A stretch of 63,340 bases of DNA, filler included, from Octopus bimaculoides (lineage: Eukaryota): assembly GCF_001194135.2 (NCBI RefSeq). It is 4 parts of 4 records of this genome, joined end to end, with 100 filler letters (N's around TTAATTAATTAA, not from the genome) between each part and the next. Parts side by side here need not be neighbours in the genome. Positions count along the whole stretch, not along the records: positions 15,051 to 33,679 come from NC_068994.1; positions 33,780 to 59,725 come from NC_068981.1; 2 more parts are not named here. One strand, written 5' to 3'. Positions 25,798 to 36,749 of this stretch are shown one piece after another. How positions within the stretch are numbered: position 1 is the stretch's first letter; each line of letters begins with the position of its first letter. The translations under genes and the position numbers were made by a program. The notes under the pieces are model-generated. The model saw only the letters and a list, made by a program, of their open reading frames with translations, was not told the origin of the DNA and did not search any database.

Positions 25798-26141
25798 CTG
25801 TGTATGTCATTGGTACAAAAAGTCATTTACAGAATACATTTTCCAGACCTTTCTTTATTTTGTTGTTATTCTGAAAAATATATCTTATTTTGTTTGGGTT
25901 TTTTTTTATCTCTTCACTGACTATATTTATCTACTTATTTATTTATTTATTTACTACCTGTTGTTGTTTACTTCTTGTCATTTTTTTTTGGTGGTGGTGG
26001 TGATTTTGTTGTTTTTGGTTGCTGTTACTTGTTGCCAAATGTCACATTCTCCACAGTTTGAGCAACATCTCAAAATTAGGTGGGCAAAACCCTTGAAATA
26101 CAAGCAAGTCACAACATCAAAAACAACATGAAAATAATAGG

Positions 26142-26176
<35 letters not shown>

Positions 26177-26454
26177 CTCCCCCCCTTCAGTGTGTTATTT
26201 TCATCTTTCAGTGTCCCTGATACATGATAAATAAGATGGAATTGCACAGAAACAACACTTAATATCCAGTTATCTCTAGAGATTGTTTCTTATTTTGCCT
26301 CTTTTAGTAAACAGCATGAAGTAGATAATTTAAAACTATGCAGGCTAATTAATAACCTGATCTAGCGTATTATCTTACTCTCTTCTCTACTCTTACACTG
26401 TGTACATTTTAATCAGTCCAATCTCCTGTCATCTTCATATGCCTTAGGGTTATT

Positions 26455-26700
26455 CTTATTGTTTAACCCCAGGACAGCTCTGGATAGACACACCTAAGAA
26501 TCAAACGAATTCTAGTCATGATGGCCTTGTCATCTTTTTTACATTTTTTTCTTTGCTTTTTAGGTATAGCATACCCTTGACTGCATCATCATCATCGTCT
26601 TCATCAGTATCCAATAAATCATTTCTAAGCCTGTAAGATGTAATTTTAAGGAGATTCAGCTGATATTTATAATAGATAGAGCAATCACACAGAGGTTCCC
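26455..26700. repeat. Unclassified interspersed repeat (family E)
   Basis: tttaaccccagg...ggagattcagctgatattt; similar segments at 54715-54985, 55320-55460 and, inverted, 42310-42420 and 42690-42810. Confidence 0.55.
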
Positions 26701-27002
26701 AGACAAGTTCTACCTATACACATACAGCTAAAAATCACTGGATCTGTAGAATGGCCACTTATCATTTCATTAACTAGATGAAAGATAAAGCTTACCTGAA
26801 AGAAGATATTCTTTTGCATGTACGAAGAATTGAAACCTGGCATCTACTCCAAGCTTTCTTGAGTCACTTAGCAATTTTTATAGCATTTTCTCTGACCATA
26901 GTGGTGAAATATCACAGTTGAGGGCAGTGGTGACGGTTTATATTACCCACAACGCAGAAGTTATAACATTGTTTACAGGAATAAAACTATTCCACATTGT
27001 CC

Positions 27003-27290
27003 ATCATCATCATCGTTTAACGTCCGCTTTCCATGCTAGCATGGGTTGGACGATTTGGCTGAGGACTGGCGAACCAGATGGCTGCACCAGCCTCCAATTT
27101 GATTTTGGCATAGTTTCTACAGCTGGATGCCCTTCCTAACACCAACCACTCCAAGAGTGTAGTGGGTGCTTTTACGTGCCACCAGCACGAGGGTCAGGCA
27201 CACGGTACTGGCAACAGCCACACTCAAAATGGTGTTTTTTACGTGCCACCTGCACAGGAGCCAGTCCAGTGGCACTGGCAATGACCACAA
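27003..27290 (-). mobile_element. RTE LINE 3' end with (ATG)n tail
   Basis: catcatcatcgtttaacgtccgctttccatgctagcatgggttgg is the reverse of the RTE terminus catgccagcatggaaagcagacgttaaatgatgatg (39535-39575). Confidence 0.88.
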
Positions 27291-28274
27291 TGGTAAAATT
27301 ACATCCATATCTGTAGTGGTGTAGTTCCTCCATTGCCCACAATACTGAAATTCTACTATTTATTCCCCATTGATTAAATTTCTCCATTGCCTATTAAGGT
27401 GAAAATATATCATTATCTGCAGGTGTGAAATCATTCCACATTGCTCAGAGGTGAAAAATTTGTGCCACTGGCTTCGATAATAAAATTGCCCACCTAAGTT
27501 AAATCTCCCCATTGCCTACATAGGACCAAATCATACAGATGTCTGGCAATGCTTCAATTTTTATCATTATCGCAATGCTGAATTTTCTTCCTCCTTTGCT
27601 CTCAGTTATACCTCATTATCCGCAGTGATGAAATCATACTCCTGTTGTTTACAGGTGTGAAATTCAAACCACTGCTTAAGGAAGACCAAAGAAGACATGG
27701 CGTAGTATGTTCTTGAATGGTAGCTATGGGAGTTGGAGCCAAGAGGAAAGTGAGCTATCAGGATATTTAGAGAAGGATCAGTGTCCATTGTGCTGACAGC
27801 ACTGAAGGATCTAAGAGACAGACCAAGAGAATTTGTCATCTCTTTTTAGTGTTAGGTTAACTATGTTGTTGAAAGCAGGGTGATTTTTATCCATTGGCAC
27901 AGCACAACACAGGACTGCCAATAAATTGCTTACTACGTATTCAATTTCTGGTATCCCAGAGACTCATTCATATTCTTCGCTGTCATATAACCAATATTTG
28001 TAACTAAAAGAAAAAGTAAAAAAAGAAAAAAAAGATCAGATGATTTCAGTTTTCTGAGTCACTGTAGCACAGTCTCCTTCAAACTCCTAGAAGAGGCCAA
28101 TTCTTCTATTGTCTTCTATTTGGAGAATCAGTCTGTGAAAATATTGTTAGCACACTGCACAATAAAATCTAAGACGACGCTAATAGACTGGAAATGTTAA
28201 CTTATTTTAGCAACCACTCATCTTGTAAATTTAGATATATAAACATAAGTAGAGTGGATGTCGAAACAAAATAC

Positions 28275-28314
<40 letters not shown>

Positions 28315-29094
28315 ACTAGGACACGTGTCTGTGTGTTTGTGCCTGTTTGTATGTGTGATTTGCGAGTGTGTTGTTTACATGTGTGTGTTCGTTCAATCAA
28401 TCAATCAATCAACTTTATTTATATCAAGAGTGATTATCTTTTATCTTTTAATGTTCATTCCTAAAGGGGGTAGATATATTCTCCACCCCCCCTCCAGAAT
28501 CTTTGCTAGACGTTTTTACTTTAATATTAATGAACACACAGGCTTATACACTATATCTTACTGACCGTGTACCTGAGTTCTAATCCTGATGGGTATCAAA
28601 TGATGTCTTTCATCTCTCCGACTATTTTTCATAAAATAAATATAAGTCTTTTACTGGACCTCATTCTGTCATCTCCACTCCATTCCCTCTAAAATTCTCC
28701 TCCCTCTCACCCCGTCTGCTGTACCCACTCCTTGCGTCTAATCAAAACAACACTATGTTATTAATATTTCATGGCAAGTGATAGATAACGGAATCAGGAA
28801 AGTATTGCTTAAAATACTTTGTAGTATCTTAGTTTTAGCTAAGGACATAAAGAGCTAAAACTAAGATAGTAAATACTTAGTATCTTAGTTTAAGCTCTTT
28901 ATGTCCTTAGTTCGGTCTCCCACCGGAGTTGACTTTCATTTTCCAACTTTCTGAAGTGCATATAGTTGACTATCCATTTGAAGGCTGTGCCCCAGCATGG
29001 GCACAGTTTTGTAACTGAAACCAGTGAAAGAATAAAAGAATATTTAGTATGTATGTACATTCGTATGTTACTATTATTAGGCAAGCTGGTTTAA

Positions 29095-29335
29095 GTCGGC
29101 GAGCTGGCAGAATTCTTAGTATATTGGGTATATTGAGGAAAATGCTTAACAGCATTTCATCCATCTTTGCGTTCTGGGTTCAAATTTTGCTGAGGTCGAC
29201 CTTGCCTTTCAACCTCTTGGAAGGGGCAGGTGGGGTCAATAAAATAAGTACCAGTTGAATACTGAGATCGATGTAATCAACTAGCCCCGCCCCCTCCCCC
29301 AAAATTTCAGATTTTGTGCCTGTAGTAGAAAGGAT
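29095..29335 (+). mobile_element. SINE family B, full length
   Basis: ggcgagctggcagaat...gttctgggttcaaatt...aagtaccagttg...ttgtgcct...agaaaggattattatt. Confidence 0.85.
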
Positions 29336-29356
29336 TATTATTATCATTATTATTAC

Positions 29357-29391
<35 letters not shown>

Positions 29392-29392
<1 letters not shown>

Positions 29393-29495
29393 GACAGCAA
29401 GCTGGCAGAATCGTTAGCACACCACGTAAAATGCTTAGTGGCATTTCGTCCATCTTTACATTCTGAGTTCAAATTCCGCTACAGTCGACTTTGCT
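29392..29495 (+). mobile_element. SINE family B, 5' part
   Basis: agctggcagaatcgttagcac...ttctgagttcaaattccgc...gtcgactttgc. Confidence 0.8.
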
Positions 29496-29537
29496 ACTTG
29501 ACACCTTAGCGATTCTGTTGCATTTATATATATATAG

Positions 29538-29890
29538 GTTGCGTGGTTAGAAGCTTGCTTCCCAATCACATGGTTCCAGGTTCAGTTCCACTGCCTGTCA
29601 CCTTGGGTAAGTGTCTTCTACTATGGCCTTGGGCCGACCAAAGCCTTCTTAGTGGATTTGGTGGACGGAAACTGAAAGAAGCGTGTTTGTGTCTGTGTTT
29701 GTCCCCTCACCATCGCTTGACAACCAATATTGGTGAGTTTATGTCCCTGTAATTTAGCAGTTTGGCAAAAGAGAACAATAGAATAAGTACTAGGCTTACA
29801 AAGAATAAGTCCTGGGGTCGAATTGTTCAACTAAAACCCCTTAAGGTGATGCACCAGTATGGCTGCAGTCAAATGACAAACAAATAAAAG
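29538..29890 (+). mobile_element. SINE family A, near full length
   Basis: gcgtggttagaagcttgcttccc ... gggccgaccaaagcc ... ggctgcagtcaaatgac. Confidence 0.88.
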
Positions 29891-29894
29891 AATA

Positions 29895-30115
29895 TATAAT
29901 CATCATCATCATTTAACAGCTTTCCATGTTGGCATGGGTTGGACAACTTGACTGGGAGCTGCGCCAAGTTCCAATCTGATTTGACANNNNNNNNNNNNNN
30001 NNNNNNNNNNNNNNNNNNNNNNNNNNNTATATATATAAAATCTGCCTCAGTAAACACTGTCCACCCCATGCTAGCATGGAGAAGTGAATGTCAAAGTGAT
30101 GATGGTGATGATATA
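29895..30115. mobile_element. Two RTE-type 3' tail fragments flanking a gap (opposite orientations)
   Basis: catcatcatttaacagctttccatgttggcatgggttgg (minus) and ccatgctagcatggagaagtgaatgtcaaagtgatgatg (plus). Confidence 0.7.
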
Positions 30116-31410
30116 TATTAAGAAAGGGATGACAGAAAGAATAGGGTTAATTAGTCACTTTCATTGGCTTACAGTTTTTAAAGCTGTAGGGTGGGTGAGG
30201 CTATAAGATGATGTTATATTGGTCCTCGACTCTATGTGCACAATTCCATATACCTGAAACAGCTGTTATGTAATAAAGATGATTACGTAACTCTTGTTCC
30301 TTTATCATTCATTTATTAATTCATATTATGCTCTGTACTGACCTTTTGGTTCATAGAAGAGTTCAGAATTGAGGAAATCAGAGAATTCGACTCTCCTTAC
30401 TTTTGAAAGTTAAGTATATTGGGTTATTAGTACCACTATGGCTAAGCAGAATCATAATGTAATAAATATGCATATAAGTATCTACATATGTGTATGTATA
30501 TGTGCATGTATGTTTGTATATGTACATATATATATATATATATGTTTGAGTGTATGTGTTTTTGTATGTGTATATGTATGTATGTATAAGATAAAGAAGA
30601 ACTGATAACCAAGCACCTGGCTACAATAGATTTTCAATGTCCAATAACTAAGCTGGCCTATCCATCACCATCATTGCAGAGTGTGTGTGTGTGTGTGTGT
30701 ATCCCCTGTGCTTTCATTGATTATGGCTGCAAGTCAGCACAATACACCTTTCTTCAATATACAAGATACAAGATTTTTGTTGGCTAAGCATCAACGTCCT
30801 TTATGTGTGATACACCAGCAGAAAAAATCTATATTCTCTAATATCTATCGTAGGGCGTGTAGCATATTTGATTGTCTTTGATTTTTGTTTTCTTTTTCTT
30901 TATTCTTTTGGGGTTTTTTTTTTCATTGTTTTCTTTTTTTTGTTTCAAAATTCTATAATATTGAACACATTGTTGATTATCTCAAAAAAACAATAAAAAA
31001 ATCTCATTGATTAATTAATAAAGCAGCTATTAAAATTATACATACAGAGCTTGTAAGTAGGTTATGGTGGTTGTTATGTATTTCGGTAAATCTTAAATGT
31101 TTAATTGATAGTAAAATATTTGCAGCCCAGTTGTAAAGTTGTAATGGCAAAAAAAAAAAAAAAAAAAAAATCTGGAATTTTTTTTTTTTTTACCAAGATG
31201 ATCAATTTTGCTTTCCTTGTTGTCACCATACATATATACATACACACACAAACACATGTATATACATATACACACATACATATATACACACACACACATA
31301 TATATAAGTATATATATGCACACATATATTGACACATACACATATACCTATATACATATGCACATACTTTTGTATGAAAACTAGATATAAACACACACAT
31401 ATATATCTAA

Positions 31411-31469
<59 letters not shown>

Positions 31470-31674
31470 TATATACACATGTATACACACATATATACAC
31501 TACACATATGTATATACCTATATACATGTGTACATACTTTTGTGTGAAAACTAGATATCTTAAGTCTATAATAATACTGCATTAAAATCTCTGGTTACTA
31601 CATGTAAAGAGATATTTCCAGATTCTGTGCACGCCCACCACAAATGTGTATTGACCACTCTCTTGTGTTTTTCG

Positions 31675-31717
<43 letters not shown>

Positions 31718-32074
31718 TACATGACTCCATGTGTGTGCGTGCGTGTGTATATATACATGTATATGTAAACGGAACGACTAAGATTTGTCATATAAAGTGT
31801 AACTGCAGGAAATGGTGGAAAGCTGCATAATGTTATAGGACGAGGAGGATAACATATATATCATCATCATCATCTCCATACAAAATTTTAGAATTTTTTT
31901 GTTTTGTTTTGAAGCAGTCTTTTACTGCCTGACGCCCTCTCATGCCAACCCTTTTAGTCACCTTCGGCATGTAGGAACTCAGTGCTTTGACAAAAAACCA
32001 GGATACACTTGGAAATATATCTTTGCAATTGTGTGTGTGTGTGTGTACAAGCATGGATGTGTGTGTGCGTGTAG

Positions 32075-32760
32075 TTGATGCAGCCATGTTTGTGTGGTTG
32101 AGACGCTTGCTTCCCAATCACCTGGTTTCAAGATCACTCCCAAAGTGCGGCACTTTGAGTGTCTTCCATTATAACCCTGAGCCGAACCAACTCTTGTGAG
32201 TGAATTTGGTAAGCAGTAATTGAAAGAAGCTTGTTTTGTATGTATGTGTATGTATATACAGATGTATATGCGTATATGTGAATGAATGCGTTTTTGTGTT
32301 TCCTCATCGTGTGATAGTTGCAAATGAGTGTTATTGTCATACAAGACAGCAGAATGTATTTCCAATATTCTGCAGAAACCTTTCTGGCCATGGGGAAATA
32401 TTGCTTTCCTTGAAAACATGTGAGGATGGGCAACAGGAAGAGCATCCACCCTTTAAAAAATTTGCCTTAACCTTTTAACATTTAAACTGAGGCTCAAATA
32501 TTCTACCGGTTTTATTTTCAAGCCAGCCAAATCCAGCCTCTCACAGCTAGCTATCTTGTAATGCCATTCTGAAAATAAACAATCACATTATTGAAACCTC
32601 AAAGCTAAGAGATAATGCATGATTAATTCAAAAGCATGTGATTAAATGAGTATTACATTTGACAGAGTAATCTAAATGCTGAAGGGTTAATAAACTCTCC
32701 AACCTATACAACTGTGGAAAAGTGAATGGTAAAATAACGATGATACCCTTTTTTTTCTCT
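32075..32760 (+). mobile_element. SINE with family A head and RTE-like 3' tail, interrupted by a MITE
   Basis: Family A head at 32075-32235. Tail gggcaacaggaagagcatccacc...[MITE]...gtggaaaagtgaatggtaaaataacgatg resembles the RTE 3' end. Confidence 0.65.
32471..32686. mobile_element. piggyBac-type MITE (216 bp)
   Basis: TTAA on both sides (32467-70 and 32687-90); TIRs CCTTTTAACATTTA and (rc) CCCTTCAGCATTTA match at 11/14. Confidence 0.8.
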
Positions 32761-33779
32761 GGCAGTCAGTATTGTGTACTTACTACTCTCAAAGTTTTGC
32801 CTCAAGAAATATGAAATTCCTTGAAGCATTGATATTATTGGTGTCAGATAAAGCTGATCATCATGGGTGTAATAATCTAAAGCTGTGCAAGGAGGAAGGA
32901 AATAAGGAAGATGTGCAGATAGTTTCTTACAGCTGTTTCAAGAATGGGTGTGCAGATGGTGCATTTCCCTGCAAATGATCAGGAGCCAACCTTATCCTTG
33001 CAATCTATTCCATCATCATAGGAAGAATGAGGCAGAGCCTTGATAGAAAATAACGATCTACTAGTGATCTTTTATTGACTTCTTGTGATCTATACTCCTG
33101 TAACAATTCAACCCTCATTCTTAATTACATGAATATCAGTATCATAATCTGATCTGATAACCAATTGCTTATTGATTTAGCCTACTTGTTCTATCATGCA
33201 TGTACCTATTCAACTGAAACACTGCCTGTAGCCAATTGTCACTTGCTATGTATAACATGCCTGCTTTTTGGTTGCATTTCATGTTGGAGTTTAGGCCACA
33301 GTCAACCCGAGAACTAGTTGTGGGTCCCTATTATGTTACGTCACCAGATATGATATAACCTGCATTCTAAATACACATACACATTTGTATATTTATTTAT
33401 GTATGTTTGTATGTATATATGTATGTATATTTATTTATGTATGAGTGTATATATATCTGTGTGTGTATGTATGTATATTTATGTATGAGTGTATATATAT
33501 ATATATATATGCGTGTATGTATGTATATATATTTATGTAGGTATATATGTGCATGTGTGTGTGTGTGTGTGTGTGTGCGTGTGTGTGTGTGTTACATGTA
33601 TATGAAGAGAGGGGAAACAGTTTTATATTTGTTTTTTATGTTTCCCTGGTTCCTGCTTAACTGTGAATACTCTTACCCCNNNNNNNNNNNNNNNNNNNNN
33701 NNNNNNNNNNNNNNNNNNNNNNNTTAATTAATTAANNNNNNNNNNNNNNNNNNNNNNNNNNNNNNNNNNNNNNNNNNNN

Positions 33780-34100
33780 TAGAGATAACTCGAATGTGGA
33801 ATCTAAAAACAGAAACAATTCCTATCATAGTAGGTGCCTTAGGTATAATAAAAAAATATTCAGACAAATATGTAACAAAAACACCAGGACTTACAAATAT
33901 ATATAACATACAGAAAATTGCACTACTGGGTACTGCACACATTCTACGCAAAACACTTTCAATACAGTAAACATAAGAGCACCACAGCAAACCACAGCAC
34001 ATACCCAAGGCGCACAGAGCTGCGCTCGGTAGTGAAGTGAAAGCACGTTATAAAAATAAAACTACTGAACAATAATAATAATAATAATAATGATAATAGT
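33780..34100 (+). mobile_element. Dong/R4-clade LINE 3' end (5' side in gap)
   Basis: Open frame EITRMWNLKTETIPIIVGALGIIKK...QKIALLGTAHILRKTLSIQ* (stop at 33968-70), typical of the restriction-like endonuclease C-terminus; short 3' UTR and (AAT)n tail. Confidence 0.88.
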
Positions 34101-34631
34101 AATTTCTTTACTGTCAGCTGCACAACTCATCTATGTAAACAAGCCAAAAGTTCTTACATTTATACACAGCCTCTACTACTGGAGATATATTTTGTTTTGT
34201 TTAATTTTATAATAAATAGAACTGTGTTTTTCTTTACTCTAACTCATCAGTCTCAATTATAAATCATAAATCATAAATCATAAATCTCTCCTTGTGTTTT
34301 TTCGACACTAGTCACTGTTGCTCAACTACTTGTTTTCCCTCCTGTGATCTCTCATCTTCACTATATCTATTGCCTAACTCTGTCCAATAGTTGTTGATAC
34401 CCTAGGAGATGCAGTTCTGTCTGAGCCATTGAAACGACTATAATCTATAATGAGACAGCTGATGAGGACTTAATTTTCATTTATTTTCTTCATTTTTAAT
34501 GCTTGACTTTTTATCATTTGTATCCTTTTCTTACATTTATGATTCCCAATGAATGCAGCTTTTCTTTACCACATGATTTTTGTTGTCTGTTAGTGTGTCA
34601 TTCTGTCCCTCTCTTTTTCTCTCTTTATCTG

Positions 34632-34685
<54 letters not shown>

Positions 34686-34690
34686 GATCG

Positions 34691-34754
<64 letters not shown>

Positions 34755-36749
34755 GTTTCTCCACACACATATATGTGTATATGTATGTGTCCATGTGTCT
34801 GTCTGTTTGTATGTATGTACCTATGTATATACACTCGCATGCACATTTATAGTTGATAATTTTTGCAATGAAATGTTTGCCTATTCCCATATTAATGCCT
34901 CACTTCCTCTGGTTTTGGAAATAGTTCTCATACCCCCACCACCCATCTCTGCTTCATTTTACCATCTCCATTATCAAACAGATATTCTTGTTTTATTTAA
35001 TATCATATTCCACAAATGTATTCCTGATTTAAAATAATAATAAAATAAAATGTTTAAAAACAAAATGCTCATGTGTTGATACATTCTGCTTCTTTTTTGA
35101 TTTGTGTCTACAATTAGTTTAGTTGGTCTTAAAGAAACACCACAGACTGTAAGAATTGTTGGCAATAAGAAGGGACATGAAACAAAACATAGACACATAC
35201 AACAACAACAATAATAATGACAATGGTTAAGACAACTGTAATTGCTTTTCCTTTGTTGTCAACATTCAGAAACCTTGTTATTGTCTTTTGTTGTAAAACA
35301 GAAAAGAATATTAAAAGAAAAAAAAAATGAAAGAAAAAGTACTCTCAGTATCATAATTGTCTGTTTGTTGTTTTGAGGATTATTAAACTGCATGTATATA
35401 CACATTATTTGAGCATTATCAAACTGTATGCATATACACATACATTGCAAGGGCTGGTGTCTATGTCTGTAGGTGTATTTGCACATGTATGTATCTATAT
35501 GTGTAGGTGCATGTACAGGTTTGTGTAGATGTATGTTTATGTGCATGTATGTGAGAGAGTAATAACTGAAGTTTTAGCACATCACTAGGTTTTAAGTAAT
35601 TTGTTTCATGTTGAAATCAGCAGTTATCATTGGTGAAGAAAGGTAATGTTCTATACTATTTAACAATAAACACGAGCACTTTTACATATTTTTTAAAAAA
35701 CACCTTAAAAAATGGAAGGTACATATGTATGTATGTATGCATGCATGTATATATGTATGTATAGATGTATGAGTATATATATATATATATATAATATATA
35801 TATATNNNNNNNNNNNNNNNNNNNNNNNNNNNNNNNNNNNNNNNNNNNNNNNNNNNNNNNNNNNNNNNNNNNNNNNNNNNNNNNNNNNNNNNNNNNNNNN
35901 NNNNNNNNNNNNNNNNNNNNNNNNNNNNNNNNNNNNNNNNNNNNNNNNNNNNNNNNNNNNNNNNNNNNNNNNNNNNNNNNNNNNNNNNNNNNNNNNNNNN
36001 NNNNNNNNNNNNNNNNNNNNNNNNNNNNNNNNNNNNNNNNNNNNNNNNNNNNNNNNNNNNNNNNNNNNNNNNNNNNNNNNNNNTAGACTGATAGACCCTG
36101 CTATGTCAAGATGGACTTATATATTCTTCCTCTGCTCTCTCCCACTTGGTTTTTTAATATGTTGCCACATTTGTAATATGTCTTTTTTTCTACATTTTTT
36201 CGTGCAGCTGAAGATTGCTCTTCATATTGCATTTAAGGTAATGCTCACATTACTTAAATAAATTGAAGTAGCATGAAACGTGCGTACTGCAATCACTTTT
36301 GAAATCTGTGTTGCTTATTATTTGATTTTAATCACCCATCCTTTTGGGATGTGATATTCGGGTGCCTTCGCATAAGTATCATATTCAAGCCTTGAATCTA
36401 TATCTAAACCGTATACATATACATATATATATATTATATATATCCAATACAGATAGAATCAGCAAAAAAGTACTCCATCCTATGAGAGAAAAATGCTATT
36501 TAATGTACACAGTATAAAGATACATGCTATTAATAGTTTCTTGCTTGGAGATGTGGGCCTAGGCAGGTTTTTATAACATAGCTAATGTCTCCAAGCACTT
36601 GTCGGGCTATGAGCATATGGTCTATTTAATTTTCAAAACAGGATGCTGGTGCAAGAGAAATCATGAGAAAAAACGAGAACGTAAGTGCAAAAAGTGTAAG
36701 GGTGAATAAAAACATAAAGAAATGTTAAATGCTAATGTTAAATGTTCTT

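Noticed and set aside
26575-26630. Apparent minus-strand exon LRNDLLDTDEDDDDDAVK with AG/GT ends
   Set aside because: It lies inside a family E interspersed repeat and the acidic run is a small (CAT)n expansion; probably chance splice sites.
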